In this document: piece after piece, positions 1 through 10,385 of the stretch
Layout of the letters: each line of letters opens with the position of its first letter
Numbering within the stretch: the first letter of the stretch is position 1
Source: Tolypothrix carrinoi HA7290-LM1
GTDB taxonomy: Bacteria > Cyanobacteriota > Cyanobacteriia > Cyanobacteriales > Nostocaceae
NCBI GenBank assembly: GCA_019358935.1
Contig: JAHHIK010000002.1
Location: forward strand, 32,001 to 96,000
Direction: 5' to 3'
DNA: 64,000 nucleotides
Notes under the pieces: model-generated
Database searches by the model: none
What the model was told of the DNA's origin: nothing
Seen by the model: only the letters and a program-made list of their open reading frames with translations
Translations under genes and position numbers: made by a program

Positions 1-333
1 CTTCACGAAGAATGGATGCATTAGTATTTACTCGGAGAAGATTCTGTAATATACTTCTAAGTGCTTTACTGGCGTTCCGGACATTTTCTTGTTGAAAATC
101 CACTGGTACTACTTTGAATTTGATGCAAAAACTAAATGTACGTCGAAACAGCATAACGAAGGAAATCAGAGTGCAAAAGTATGATTAAATGGTAGTAAAA
201 AGTTTGTGATGCACCCTGGTAGGTATCAAGTAACAACTGTGGGTTGAAGCTTGAATGTAGTCACACAAGTTAATTTCTAACGGAATTTTTTGGCTTACCG
301 TGCGATCGCGCTTACCTCAACTGCCCACAATTA

Positions 334-1191
334 CTAATCTCTCCATCCTAAGTAGCGTTCGCGTATACGAAATGGAGTACTAAAAGAACTCGACATCAAT
401 AGTTGCTTGGTAGCTAACAACATAAAAGCTGGAATGGTGGTACTATAACGATGCCAGAGACGGCGAGGTTCTTGAAGCCAGCGATATAACCATTCAAAAC
501 CCAAGTCTCGTATCATGCGGGGTGCGCGTTTATGGATTCCTGCATAAACGGGGAAAACTCCACCGACGCCAATCATTACCGCCTTGATTTTATCTTGATG
601 TTGAGCCATCCAATTTTCTTGTTTTGGACAACCCAGAGATACGAACACTAAACCAGCACCACTGTTGTTAATCATCTTAATCAGAGCTTTGTCTTCTGTT
701 TCAGTCAAAGGACGAAAGGGCAAAGGTTCCATCCCTGCAATTTTCAGTTTAGGAAATTCCTGCTCTAATCTTTTTTGCATCAAAGAAAGAATGTCTGGTT
801 GAGAACCCGCAAAGAAAACACTGACGTTTCGTGTTTGAGCTAGCTTACACAGTGCTAAGAAAAGATCCATCCCCGCTACACGATCTTGGTAACGTGCTCC
901 CAAAAGCCTCATCATCCAAACTAAAGGCATCCCATCAGGAGTGATTATATCTGCATTGTTTAAAACATTAGCAAACTCTGGATTCCAATGCGCCTCCATC
1001 AGCATATGTACGTTGGCTACGCAAATAGTCTTACTTTCGCGAGCGATCGCCCACCTAAGTATAGTCTGTATCTGATCGTCAAAACGTAAAGCAGTAATCG
1101 GAAAATCAAGCACTCTTTGTTTAGGTAGAAAAATTCCCACCATTAAGTCACTCCTTGTGTCAAACGAAAATTCAGAACAACGACTAACCAT
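334..1191 (-). CDS. WecB/TagA/CpsF family glycosyltransferase
   Basis: Motifs ANVHMLMEA, PDGMPLVW, RVAGMDL, LGCPKQE, GVGGVF, EWLYRWLQEPRRLW. True start may be the later Met (MVGIFLP). Confidence 0.9.
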   Translation of the reverse strand: MVSRCSEFSFDTRSDLMVGIFLPKQRVLDFPITALRFDDQIQTILRWAIARESKTICVANVHMLMEAHWNPEFANVLNNADIITPDGMPLVWMMRLLGARYQDRVAGMDLFLALCKLAQTRNVSVFFAGSQPDILSLMQKRLEQEFPKLKIAGMEPLPFRPLTETEDKALIKMINNSGAGLVFVSLGCPKQENWMAQHQDKIKAVMIGVGGVFPVYAGIHKRAPRMIRDLGFEWLYRWLQEPRRLWHRYSTTIPAFMLLATKQLLMSSSFSTPFRIRERYLGWRD

Positions 1192-1640
1192 TCCAAATAT
1201 TGAAAATGTCAGATTTCATAAATGACTGACTTTTTTCAAGGATTGAAGCATGGTTGAAGTTAACACATGGAGATGCAATAGCTTTTACTGTAAATTCTTG
1301 GCTTCCCTGGTAATAATTATTTCTTCTTCGCCTGTATAGTAATTTACTCTATAAAAAAGCAAAATTAGTAATTTCTCTGCAAAATTTATCTTAACTTTAC
1401 ATTTCCTTTTTGATTTGTTTACGTAAGCATTACAATCGCTTTAAAAATAGGAAAAGAAGTATTTACTTAACACAAAGATTCAGGCATCAAGCGCGAAATC
1501 TTAAACAGTCGAACAGGCAAACCTTAATACTTGAGGATTGCAAATGAGAAGTATAATTTATATTTAATATTTTTATGAATTAACAAACAATCTGCTGTTA
1601 TATAGCTTAAATAACACTAATCTTCTAACTAAAAAAAAGC

Positions 1641-1835
1641 TCAAAAAAATAGGGGGAAGATTAACTTTTCTTCCCCCTGCTTATTATTTTTGTTGTTGTC
1701 TACGTTGTCGCCTTCTTTCAGCCTTTTTCGCAACATCTGTCGTTGTTTTTTAAGTTGTCGCTGTCTTGCAGAACCACCTCTGCCTTTATCGTTTCTGCCT
1801 TCGCGACGGGGAGATTCCCATCTCTTTAATTGCAT
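1641..1835 (-). CDS. small basic hypothetical protein
   Basis: 64-aa Lys/Arg-rich ORF with GAGAGG-like RBS upstream. Its 3' end forms a GC hairpin followed by a U-tract. Confidence 0.5.
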   Translation of the reverse strand: MQLKRWESPRREGRNDKGRGGSARQRQLKKQRQMLRKRLKEGDNVDNNKNNKQGEEKLIFPLFF

Positions 1836-2616
1836 AATTAACCTCTCTTAAGTAAAAATCAGTGGAGTAAGATAACCGAACTTTTATTACTGCCAAGTCG
1901 CTGATAATTTATTTTGCTCGCCATTAATATTCACTATATAAATTTTAGATCATAACTGTCCCATCGTCAAATCAAAATGGTAGAGGTGAACAAACATCAT
2001 GATGAAAACCGGTTGCAATTAAGTTAATTTTGTGCAGCATGAGCCAAGCGGCTATCCATGCAGCATCGTCATTCAAAAAAGTAAACCCTCATTTATATTT
2101 ATCATTGGCAATGACAACCACGTTGGTTAAGTTTGGCAAGTTTCTTTCTCCTATACACTGCGTAACAGAAACTATCCGGGCTATTTTATTGCTTCAATTA
2201 AAACTAGACGAGAGAATCCATCCCATAATTGATAGCGATAAATAAGCGCTTGCTAACTTCTCTTATATATTCATGATTTTTCCACCGCGATCCGGAATTA
2301 AATATATAAATCGCAAAGAAAATTTATAAGTTTATTTAATACCAAGATTAAGGACAAAAGTGGTGAAAATTATCGATAGGCAAATGTTAGAGGCTAATTT
2401 AACCCTTGTAAGAGCTATATCTTTTTCCTATAACCTAATTTCTGCTTGAGATAGTGCTTCTGCTGTGGGTGATATACATCCCACGAAGCACAATATATTA
2501 TGCTCACACGAACAACAGTTCGTTATTGATGGCAAAAAGCATCTAAGTAGCTTACCTAAAAATATAGGGTTCCAGATAGCTTGGCTGAAACCCTACATTT
2601 ATCTATATTTTTACAG

Positions 2617-2700
2617 TGGGCAGGAGGAGAATCGAACTCCTATGATCTCACGATCGTCACATTTTGAGTGTGATGCGTCTACCAATTTCGCCACCCGCCC
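2617..2700 (-). tRNA. trnL: tRNA-Leu(CAA)
   Basis: Minus strand GGGCGGGTGGCGAAATTGGTAGACGCATCACACTCAAAATGTGACGATCGTGAGATCATAGGAGTTCGATTCTCCTCCTGCCCA: D-loop, anticodon CAA, long variable arm, T-loop GTTCGA. No encoded CCA. Confidence 0.95.
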
Positions 2701-3554
2701 TTGGGTGCAACTTCACTATTATACACTTTTTCTGAGGAATGCAACAACTTTTGATATTCTTTGCTGCTTGCCCAGCGATCAATTTCTCGCGCCCGCAGTA
2801 CTGGCACTGGATGCGATAATTGAGCGGTGCGAGCGACTTTGACCATTTCACCCAATTCGGTCTTGCTAATATCATCGTAAGCGCGGGCTTGGGCGACAAA
2901 GGCATCAAGGTTGAGTTGGGGTGCTAATGTTGGCGAACCACCGGCAAGTTTCATCAAGACTGACATGACAACTTTGGGATCTTGGGTGGCTAATAATGCG
3001 GCGCGATCGCATGTAAACTCAGCACAGCGTACCCATTCTAAAAGTTGTGCTTGTATGCTTTGTGCTAGCACTGCTCCTATATTTGGTAGACTTGCGGCTG
3101 CTAATACCAATAAATTTACCGGCGTCAGGTAAACGCTGTGATCGCACTTAAGATGTCCTAACTCATGGGCAATCACTGCCTGAATCTCTTCTGGGGTGAG
3201 TAAATCAATCAAGGAAGTGTGTACGACAATAAAAGGCTGTTTGCCGCGCATGGCAAAAGTATAAGCGTTGGGAGCCGGATGTTGGCGGATATAAAGTTGA
3301 GGAGGCTCCATATCCAAAATTTTACAAGCTTCTAACAACAGCTTGTGTAGATCGGGCAATTGTTGTTCGCCTACCAAAACGCTGGAAGCAATATTTTCTA
3401 CATAAAAAACTTGCTCTGCCAATGGTCCGAGCAAATTTCGCACCAGCATGTCTAATCCGGGTATCTGCTTGAGAGCAAGAGTTGCTTCCAAGTCTAAAGG
3501 ATGACGAAAAGAATCTGCTTTGATACCAATCAGCTGAGTCTTAAAAAAGGACAT
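2679..3554 (-). CDS. M48 family zinc metallopeptidase (HtpX/Ste24-like)
   Basis: PNAYTF, HELGH zinc motif, EFTCDRAA, SHPVPVLR. Confidence 0.9.
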   Translation of the reverse strand: MSFFKTQLIGIKADSFRHPLDLEATLALKQIPGLDMLVRNLLGPLAEQVFYVENIASSVLVGEQQLPDLHKLLLEACKILDMEPPQLYIRQHPAPNAYTFAMRGKQPFIVVHTSLIDLLTPEEIQAVIAHELGHLKCDHSVYLTPVNLLVLAAASLPNIGAVLAQSIQAQLLEWVRCAEFTCDRAALLATQDPKVVMSVLMKLAGGSPTLAPQLNLDAFVAQARAYDDISKTELGEMVKVARTAQLSHPVPVLRAREIDRWASSKEYQKLLHSSEKVYNSEVAPKGGWRNW

Positions 3555-3731
3555 AGCAATCGAAGAACTTGAAGGTAAGAAATGGTGGGATATATACAGC
3601 CTCCCACCGCTAGTATAACGACAATTAGGCAGGGCAGATGCCCTACCTATTACTCGTAGTGAGCGATAAATCGCTCAATTTTAAGCGCTTAAGCGCTTAC
3701 TACGAACTTTCAAAACTAATGACATAAACCA

Positions 3732-5108
3732 CTAAGTTGAAATCGACGCTTGAGGATTACTGGCTTTTGCAGGTAATTCTGTATCCGTCGGTGTTTCGCT
3801 GACGCGGAGGATTTTTGCTCCTAATTGCTGCAACTTGATATCAAGGCGATCGTATCCGCGATCTAAATGGCGCAATCCCTGAATTGTAGTTTTGCCTTCA
3901 GCTGCCAGTCCTGCCAAGACTAAGGCTGCTGATGCCCGCAAGTCTGTACCTAATACAGGTGCGCCAGATAACATCGGTACTCCCCGAACGAAAGCTGCGT
4001 TACCTTTAACGCGAATGTCTGCCCCTAAGCGATTTAACTCGGAAGCGTGACGCAAGCGATTTTCAAACACAGATTCGTTGATTATGCTGTCGCCTTCTGC
4101 TACGGTCAGCAAAGCCATAAATGGTGCTTGCATATCCGTGGGAAAGCCAGGATGGGGCAAGGTTTCAATATCCGTTGCTCTCAGGGTTTGAGCCGGCATT
4201 ATGCGTAAGCAATCAGGCGCTTCTTGAATTATGGGCACGCCAATATCCCGTAGTTTAGCAAGTACTGGGATTAAATGCTCAGGGACTACTGGCGAGAGGG
4301 TAATTTCCGATCGCGCGATCGCTCCAGCCACTAAAAATGTACCTGTTTCAATGCGATCGGGAATAATCGAGTAGTCAACAGAATGCAATTTGGGAACACC
4401 GACGATGGTAATCGTACTAGTGCCGGCACCTTGAATCTTTGCTCCCATAGCGTTACAGAAATTCGCCAAATCGACTACTTCTGGTTCGCGTGCAGCATTT
4501 TCCAGGGTAGTTTCCCCATCTGCCAGAGTAGCCGCCATCATCAAGGTTTCCGTTGCGCCAACGCTGGGGCTGTCGAGGTAAATTTTGGCTCCTTTAAGCC
4601 TACCATTGCTACCTGGAACGTAAGCATTACAAATGCCATGTTCTATCTGCACTTCGGCTCCCATCGCTTGTAGTCCCCGGACATGCAGATCAACCGGTCT
4701 TGCCCCAATCGCACAACCACCTGGTAATGGCATCTGTGCTACTCCCAATCGTGCCAAAATTGCACCAATGGCAAAAAAACTCGCCCGCAGCTGGGTAACT
4801 AGTTCGTAAGGAGCTTTGGACGTTGTAATTTCGCTAGCGTTGATATCTAAAATATCATCGTGTTGCTCTAAACGAAGACCCAAAGCTGATAAAACTTGAC
4901 CCATCCGCTTGACATCAGCCAATAATGGAACGTTGCGGATGCGGCAATCTCCCGAACATAGTAAGGCTCCAGCCATGATTACCAATGCTGAATTTTTTGC
5001 CCCACTAATTTTCACATGACCTCGCAAACGATGCCCACCCCAGATTTGCAAGACTGAGGAGTCTGCTTCAGGTAATTTGGCATCCGGTAAGCTGGTATTC
5101 GTATTAAT
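3732..5108 (-). CDS. murA: UDP-N-acetylglucosamine 1-carboxyvinyltransferase
   Basis: [41 protein letters not shown]. Start extended to an in-frame ATT at 5108 lying 8 nt after AGGAGG; the ORF track starts at TTG 5051. Confidence 0.95.
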   Translation of the reverse strand: MNTNTSLPDAKLPEADSSVLQIWGGHRLRGHVKISGAKNSALVIMAGALLCSGDCRIRNVPLLADVKRMGQVLSALGLRLEQHDDILDINASEITTSKAPYELVTQLRASFFAIGAILARLGVAQMPLPGGCAIGARPVDLHVRGLQAMGAEVQIEHGICNAYVPGSNGRLKGAKIYLDSPSVGATETLMMAATLADGETTLENAAREPEVVDLANFCNAMGAKIQGAGTSTITIVGVPKLHSVDYSIIPDRIETGTFLVAGAIARSEITLSPVVPEHLIPVLAKLRDIGVPIIQEAPDCLRIMPAQTLRATDIETLPHPGFPTDMQAPFMALLTVAEGDSIINESVFENRLRHASELNRLGADIRVKGNAAFVRGVPMLSGAPVLGTDLRASAALVLAGLAAEGKTTIQGLRHLDRGYDRLDIKLQQLGAKILRVSETPTDTELPAKASNPQASIST

Positions 5109-5305
5109 AAGCCTACCCTCCTAAAGAAATTCAGTAATTTTAAAGATTTGAAGTTGGTTTCGATTCTACAGTAAAGATTCGATTTGTCTACATTTTTGCG
5201 CTAGGTAAGCGCATTGATTTAGTGGAATTGGCGACTCAAAGCAATCTGGAATAAGCCTTTTAAGCATTTGTAAAATAAGTGCGCTCCTAGTATTGCCAAC
5301 GTATT

Positions 5306-5545
5306 GCGGGAGTGGGGGAGGGAGATAGGGAGATGGGGGGAGGGGGGGACAAGGGGAGGGGGGACAAGGGGAGGGGGACAAGGGGAGGGGGGGACAAGGA
5401 GGACAAGGAAGACAAGGGGGATAAATGCCCAATGCCCCATGCCCACTTGGACGATGCCCCATGACGGCAGGTGCAACTTTCTTCGGCTCGCCGCCCAACG
5501 CACAGCCAAACCTATGCCCAATGCCCCATGCCCAATTACCAATTC
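5306..5545. repeat. STRR-type short tandem repeat tract (GGGGACAAGG and TGCCCAA/TGCCCCA units)
   Basis: Visible tandem 7-10-mers; the source of the spurious Pro/Gly-rich ORFs here. Confidence 0.85.
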
Positions 5546-5565
5546 CTCATTTTATGCTCAGGGCG

Positions 5566-5594
5566 TTGACAAAAGCTAGAAAATGAGTGAAAAT
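5566..5594 (+). promoter_or_regulatory. sigma70-type promoter for tRNA-Leu(CAG)
   Basis: TTGACA, 17-nt spacer, GAAAAT, ending 25 nt upstream of the tRNA. Confidence 0.55.
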
Positions 5595-5619
5595 AGAGAA
5601 CGGTGATTAAATAATGCCA

Positions 5620-5701
5620 GCGGAACTGGCGGAATTGGCAGACGCGCTAGATTCAGGTTCTAGTGCCGCAAGGCTTCCGGGTTCAAGTCCCGGGTTCCGC
5701 A
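5620..5701 (+). tRNA. trnL: tRNA-Leu(CAG)
   Basis: GCGGAACTGGCGGAATTGGCAGACGCGCTAGATTCAGGTTCTAGTGCCGCAAGGCTTCCGGGTTCAAGTCCCGGGTTCCGCA; anticodon stem CTAGA/TCTAG with CAG. Confidence 0.95.
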
Positions 5702-5768
5702 TATCAGTTAGGAGTTAGGAGTTAAATTTGTTTTGTTTGAATTGCTAACTTATAACTGATAATTTTTA

Positions 5769-6566
5769 ATGTTAACTAGTTTACAGAATTCTTTAGTAAA
5801 GCAAATCCGCAAATTACACTCAAGGAAGGAGCGTCACAAGCAGGAGTTGTTTTTACTGGAAGGTACGCATTTGCTGGAAGAAGCTTGTGCGGTGAATTAT
5901 CCGCTAGAAGTTGTGTGTTGTACGCTAGAATGGCAAGCGGCTCATTCTGCACTTTGGGAGCAAGCTTGTAGTCGGTGCGATCGCTTTGAAATTGTCAGTG
6001 AAGAAGTATTGAGTGCGATCGCTACGACAGTGCAACCGGATGGTGTTATCGCTACCGCCAAACGAAGCTCGGCAATGCAAGTTCCGTTCACTGGGTTGCT
6101 GCTAGCTTTGGAAACTATACAAGATCCGGGGAATTTGGGGACGATAATTCGGACTGCGGCAGCGGCTTCTGCATCGGGGCTGTGGCTGAGTGCTGATAGT
6201 GTAGATTTAGATAACCCGAAAGTGTTACGCGCCAGTGCCGGTCAGTGGTTTCGCTTACCAATGGCGGTAAGTGCTTCTTTAAAAGATACAGTAAGTCTTG
6301 CCAAGCAAGCCAGAATGCAGATTGTGGCAACTTTGCCAAGTGCAACTTTAACTTATTGGCAAGTAGATTGGCGAAAACCAAGTTTGATTTTATTGGGTAA
6401 TGAAGGTGCGGGTTTATCGGCTTCTTTAGCCGCAATGGCAGATTTAGAAGTCAGAATACCCCTGAGTCCAGGGGTGGAATCTTTGAATGTGGCGATCGCC
6501 GCAGCTTTAATGTTGTATGAAGCTCAACGGCAGATTACAAGTTACAAGTTAGGAGTTACAAGTTAG
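5769..6566 (+). CDS. TrmH/SpoU family RNA methyltransferase
   Basis: IQDPGNLGTIIRTA, GNEGAGL, ESLNVAIAA SPOUT motifs. Confidence 0.92.
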   Translation: MLTSLQNSLVKQIRKLHSRKERHKQELFLLEGTHLLEEACAVNYPLEVVCCTLEWQAAHSALWEQACSRCDRFEIVSEEVLSAIATTVQPDGVIATAKRSSAMQVPFTGLLLALETIQDPGNLGTIIRTAAAASASGLWLSADSVDLDNPKVLRASAGQWFRLPMAVSASLKDTVSLAKQARMQIVATLPSATLTYWQVDWRKPSLILLGNEGAGLSASLAAMADLEVRIPLSPGVESLNVAIAAALMLYEAQRQITSYKLGVTS

Positions 6567-6614
6567 GAGGCGCGGAGTTAAAAGTAAAAGTTAAGAATTA
6601 TAAACTCGTAACTT

Positions 6615-6848
6615 TTATTTTATTTTATTTTCCAGATATTGTTCGATATCAGCAACGGCGTCTTCCAAAGCCTCTAAATCAATTTCTGCTTTTATTTCAA
6701 TTAGGGATACATCACTGGTTTTAGCAGTATCGGTTTTTAAAGTTTCTTCCTCTTCAGTCGGACTCTCTTGTAATATATCCTCCAACTCATCAAGGGATTG
6801 AAGAAACTCTTTAGCGGCAGCGCGGCGTTGTTGCTGATTTTGCTCCAT
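6615..6848 (-). CDS. small acidic hypothetical protein
   Basis: MEQNQQQRRAAAKEFLQSLDEL...LEDAVADIEQY; helical, acidic, typical of small cyanobacterial ORFs. Confidence 0.65.
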   Translation of the reverse strand: MEQNQQQRRAAAKEFLQSLDELEDILQESPTEEEETLKTDTAKTSDVSLIEIKAEIDLEALEDAVADIEQYLENKIK

Positions 6849-7574
6849 AATTTTGATTTGATAATCGTGATTGCAGTTTCTAATTATGGTTATCTGTACC
6901 AAAACTAATTTATTCTGTATCAAATTTACACATTAAAAGGCTTGATGGCAAAATCAGCTAATGTGAATTTCCAGTAACTCGCTTACCCGATAAAGGCAGC
7001 ATTTGACCCAAATACCCAAAAGACGCCAACCGAGCTTAAAGTCCCCACTCCTCTTGGCAAAAATTATGATCCGCGCGAAGCGCTTCACATTCATCCCTTG
7101 GGAAAAACCTGTCCAAAATTGACAGCGTACAGCAAATGGCGCTATAAATCCTAAAAAACACCCAAAATTTTGAGTGTGAGAGCGCCGAATGGTTGTCGTT
7201 TACCGAGTATTTAAAGTAGAGGCTGCAATTTATGATGCGATTGAGGAATTAAAAGAAGCGCTCATCAATCGGATTGCCTCAACCGAAATTGCCTTTGAAG
7301 TCCATATGGCAGTTTACTTTAGAACGTTTTGAGCAAGTAGATTATTTGATACACGAAGAGTGAAGAGAAAGTTGATCGTAAAGCGGCAGCGACTTCTTGG
7401 GGAAATTAAAGAACTAAAAGCTGAACTAAAGTACAAGCCATAATTGGATAAAGGTTAAGATGCTGTACTGATTAACCGTTAGATCCGTGATTGTAATTAT
7501 TTTGGTAATCGGTGGTGATGAATGTATTGGCGATCGCGGATCATAATTTCCGCATTTGTAATAAAATATTTACA

Positions 7575-7769
7575 ATGGCGCGTAAAGGCGGGAACCCTAA
7601 GATTAAGGATTATGGCTTTACCAGTGATAGAGATGAACCACTAACAGGAAGATTAGCTATCAGAGTTACACAATCTATGCTTGCGAGAGTCAAAGCTTTA
7701 GACAACTATCCAGAGTTCTGCCGTCAAGTTCTAGCTAAAGCATTGGATGAACTTGAAAAAGAAGATTAA
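7575..7769 (+). CDS. small putative ribbon-helix-helix DNA-binding protein
   Basis: MARKGGNP...RLAIRVTQSMLARVKAL...EFCRQVLAKALDE: a strand-helix-helix pattern. Confidence 0.55.
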   Translation: MARKGGNPKIKDYGFTSDRDEPLTGRLAIRVTQSMLARVKALDNYPEFCRQVLAKALDELEKED

Positions 7770-7936
7770 ACAGTATATTTAAAAAAATATCGCTTAAAAG
7801 TCAATAGTCCAGAGTTTTTTGACTATTGACTATTTTGTTGCTTGATATACCAGTGCAATTGAGAGAGCGTGAAAAGTTAGATTCCCGACTTGCTTTAAGT
7901 TGTCGGGAATCAGTTCCACCGCGAATTTTCACGCTT

Positions 7937-8893
7937 TTATCTAGGATTGCTATAGCAGCAACTGCTAGTGAGCGCGATCGCAACTACTTGAGCTGAAGTA
8001 TGAATTAGCTCTAATTCATCTTCTCGCAAAGTGCATGGTTGTTTCCACTGTAGCGACAACACCGCCAAAACTTCCGAGCGGTAAATAATCGGGATAATTA
8101 AGTGTGCTTGTACACCGCTATTTGGATATTGTGTAATACCAGCAAGCTTTTGGTCTTTGAGTACATTTACGGAAACTTGTATTTTCCCCGACGCGATCGC
8201 CTCCGTTGTCAGCGGATCTTGATCTAGCCAATTTTCAATTGTACCTGTATTACTGCAAGTCGCTTGAGTGTTAACAAGAGTATTTTTCTCCACTAATTGC
8301 AAAATGCAGCCATCCGCTGCGAAAGTCTGACTAAAAGCCGTAGCAATTGATGTGAGACTTGCTTCTAAGTTAGGAGTTGTTTGCGTTACTTTCACTAAAA
8401 AAGTCAGCAAGGCAATTTGAGCATGAGCGCGGTGTAGTTCTTCTGTACGTTGCTTGAGCAAGTCGTAAGTTTCTGCGGCTCTTTGCACTACCGCTTTAAG
8501 TTCACCTGGGTCCCAAGGCTTGGTAATATACTTGTAGACTTGTCCGGCGTTAATCGCTTCTACCAAGTCTTCAATATCAGTAAAACCTGTAAGAATTATC
8601 CTGACTGTATCCGGAAACTGTGGTACAGTCTTGCTGAGAAACTCAGTTCCTTTCATTTCTGGCATCCGCTGATCCGAGATGATTACTGCTACTTCCCCAG
8701 ATGCTGCCAAAACTTCTAAAGCGTTGATACCGCTATCGGCTTTCAGTACATGAAAATCACGTCGAAAGGTACGATAAAGCAGATCGAGATTATCTGGCTC
8801 ATCGTCAACTACGAGGATTTTCAGTTTCTTAGGTCGTTCTAAAGTCATCAATTGACGACGGACTTTATCAATTTCTGAAATGGGATTATCCAT
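7937..8893 (-). CDS. response regulator (REC + GAF)
   Basis: ILVVDDE, IISDQRMP, ILTG, YITKPW; C-terminal GAF-like region (HLIIPIIYRSEVLAVLSL). Confidence 0.88.
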   Translation of the reverse strand: MDNPISEIDKVRRQLMTLERPKKLKILVVDDEPDNLDLLYRTFRRDFHVLKADSGINALEVLAASGEVAVIISDQRMPEMKGTEFLSKTVPQFPDTVRIILTGFTDIEDLVEAINAGQVYKYITKPWDPGELKAVVQRAAETYDLLKQRTEELHRAHAQIALLTFLVKVTQTTPNLEASLTSIATAFSQTFAADGCILQLVEKNTLVNTQATCSNTGTIENWLDQDPLTTEAIASGKIQVSVNVLKDQKLAGITQYPNSGVQAHLIIPIIYRSEVLAVLSLQWKQPCTLREDELELIHTSAQVVAIALTSSCCYSNPR

Positions 8894-9008
8894 AAGATAA
8901 TTGCTTAAATAGTACCCATATTGTTATATTCCATACTAAGTTTATTTGAAAGTAGCTCAGAAACGTTGCGGAAATTTACGGATGTGATTCCAGGATGTAA
9001 AATGAGAC

Positions 9009-9024
9009 TGTAGTTAGTGCTACA
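9009..9024. promoter_or_regulatory. putative NtcA binding site
   Basis: TGTAGTTAGTGCTACA = TGTA-N8-TACA in the divergent intergenic region. Confidence 0.6.
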
Positions 9025-9130
9025 TAAAACAAACGAAAATCCGCGTTGATTGCGAACTCCACAAATTGCGTAATTGAAAACAATTAAACCTTAAAATGAT
9101 ATTGGAATCGTGCGCGATTAAGAGCAAATT

Positions 9131-10213
9131 ATGACTGAATTACCACCACTACCTGAAAATTATGACAATGCTGGTGATGCAGCACAAGAGTTGCTGCGAA
9201 AGCTCAGGCAAAAACAAGGCAACTGGGTGGAATGGGGAATGGCGATCGCTCAATTGCAAAAAAGTGGTTACAATCCGCAAGACATTTTTGAAGCTACTGG
9301 TTTTGAACAGATTCAGCAAAATCAAGTAATTGTCGGCGCTCAAGTTTATAATTCTATAGAACAAGCTGGAGCATCACCAGCAGTGCGATCGCATTACAGC
9401 ACACGCGGTAGTGATATTTTATATGAATTGCGTCTGTTAACCCATGAAGAACGCGCTGCTGCTGCCGAACTTACTTTTCAACACCAGGTTGATGCCGACG
9501 AAGCAAAAGAAGTGGCAAAAGCAATAAAAGATTTCTCCCGCTTTCCTACCTTACCGGATGGGTTTTCTAATCATCCAGGGGATGCAGTTGCTTATCAATC
9601 TTGGAAACTTGCCCGTCAATACTCAGATTTACAAGAGCGATCGCGTCTAATTGCCAAAGGTTTACGCTTTGCTTACTCGCCAACTGCGAGAAAGCAAATA
9701 GAACAATTATTAACTGATTTTACTGTTGTTCCTAAACGTCCCGCGCCAATTTTACCCTTTTTCCGGCTTGAATCTGAAGAAGAATTACCGCGCCTCGTGC
9801 CCGTAGCGGGTGAATTGCCATTAAAAACGCAAGATTTGCAAGCTGTTCCTATAGTCGAACAAATTGAACCATTTCGCATGGTAAAATTTGCCGGAGAACA
9901 AGCTTGGGTACCTTTACCAGGTTGGCAAGTAGTGTTAGGTGCATCCGATCCAGTAGTAATTTTATGTCAAAGCGATCGCCTGCCCAACCAAACACAACCG
10001 AAATCAGAAACAGTTTTAGTAGTTTGCGATCGCTCAGTCCAAGAATGGGATGATGGCAGCTACTTTGTGGTTGACAACGCCGGCGAACTTGATTTTCAAT
10101 GGTTTGAAAGCGCACCCTCAATTCCTCTGCTGGGTCGAATTGTTGTTGTAGTTCGTCCGAAGAAAATCCTGGATGAAGAAATAATCAAGGATTCCTGGCA
10201 AATAGACGAATGA
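9131..10213 (+). CDS. raf1: RuBisCO accumulation factor 1
   Basis: LRQKQGNWVEWG, IFEATGFEQIQQNQVIVGAQVY, HPGDAVAY, WVPLPGWQ, C-terminal WQIDE. Confidence 0.92.
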   Translation: MTELPPLPENYDNAGDAAQELLRKLRQKQGNWVEWGMAIAQLQKSGYNPQDIFEATGFEQIQQNQVIVGAQVYNSIEQAGASPAVRSHYSTRGSDILYELRLLTHEERAAAAELTFQHQVDADEAKEVAKAIKDFSRFPTLPDGFSNHPGDAVAYQSWKLARQYSDLQERSRLIAKGLRFAYSPTARKQIEQLLTDFTVVPKRPAPILPFFRLESEEELPRLVPVAGELPLKTQDLQAVPIVEQIEPFRMVKFAGEQAWVPLPGWQVVLGASDPVVILCQSDRLPNQTQPKSETVLVVCDRSVQEWDDGSYFVVDNAGELDFQWFESAPSIPLLGRIVVVVRPKKILDEEIIKDSWQIDE

Positions 10214-10230
10214 AAAAGTTAGGAGGAGCG

Positions 10231-10260
10231 GTAGAGACGTTCGGTCCGGAACGTCTGTAC
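10231..10260. repeat. REP-like palindrome GTAGAGACGTTC-N-GAACGTCT(C/G)TAC; further copies at 15452-15481, 32547-32575, 34431-34459, 41241-41269, 51031-51059
   Basis: Six near-identical hairpins, each just downstream of a stop codon. Confidence 0.85.
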
Positions 10261-10385
10261 ACGAGTAGCAAAGGCGCGGAGTAAGAGTTATTTGTTGCTA
10301 AATCTAGTATGATTACCACAGAGCCTTTTTGCTACCAAAGCAAAGAATTTAGATAAATTGAGAAATTGCTCTGCAAAAGCAAGTT

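Noticed and set aside
2291..2296. TCCGGA as a DIF1 heterocyst promoter motif
   Set aside because: A single 6-mer with no convincing -10 at the expected spacing and no clear target gene.
2465..2908. ORFs 2465-2842 (+) and 2657-2908 (-)
   Set aside because: They overlap the tRNA-Leu and the M48 gene and have no recognisable motifs.
5166..5579. Pro/Gly-rich ORFs on both strands (also 13695-14141, 24930-25251, 30331-30805)
   Set aside because: They are translations of STRR/SDR repeats or alternative frames of real genes.
2617..5701. tRNA-anchored genomic island
   Set aside because: No integrase or duplicated tRNA 3' end, and the enclosed genes are housekeeping.
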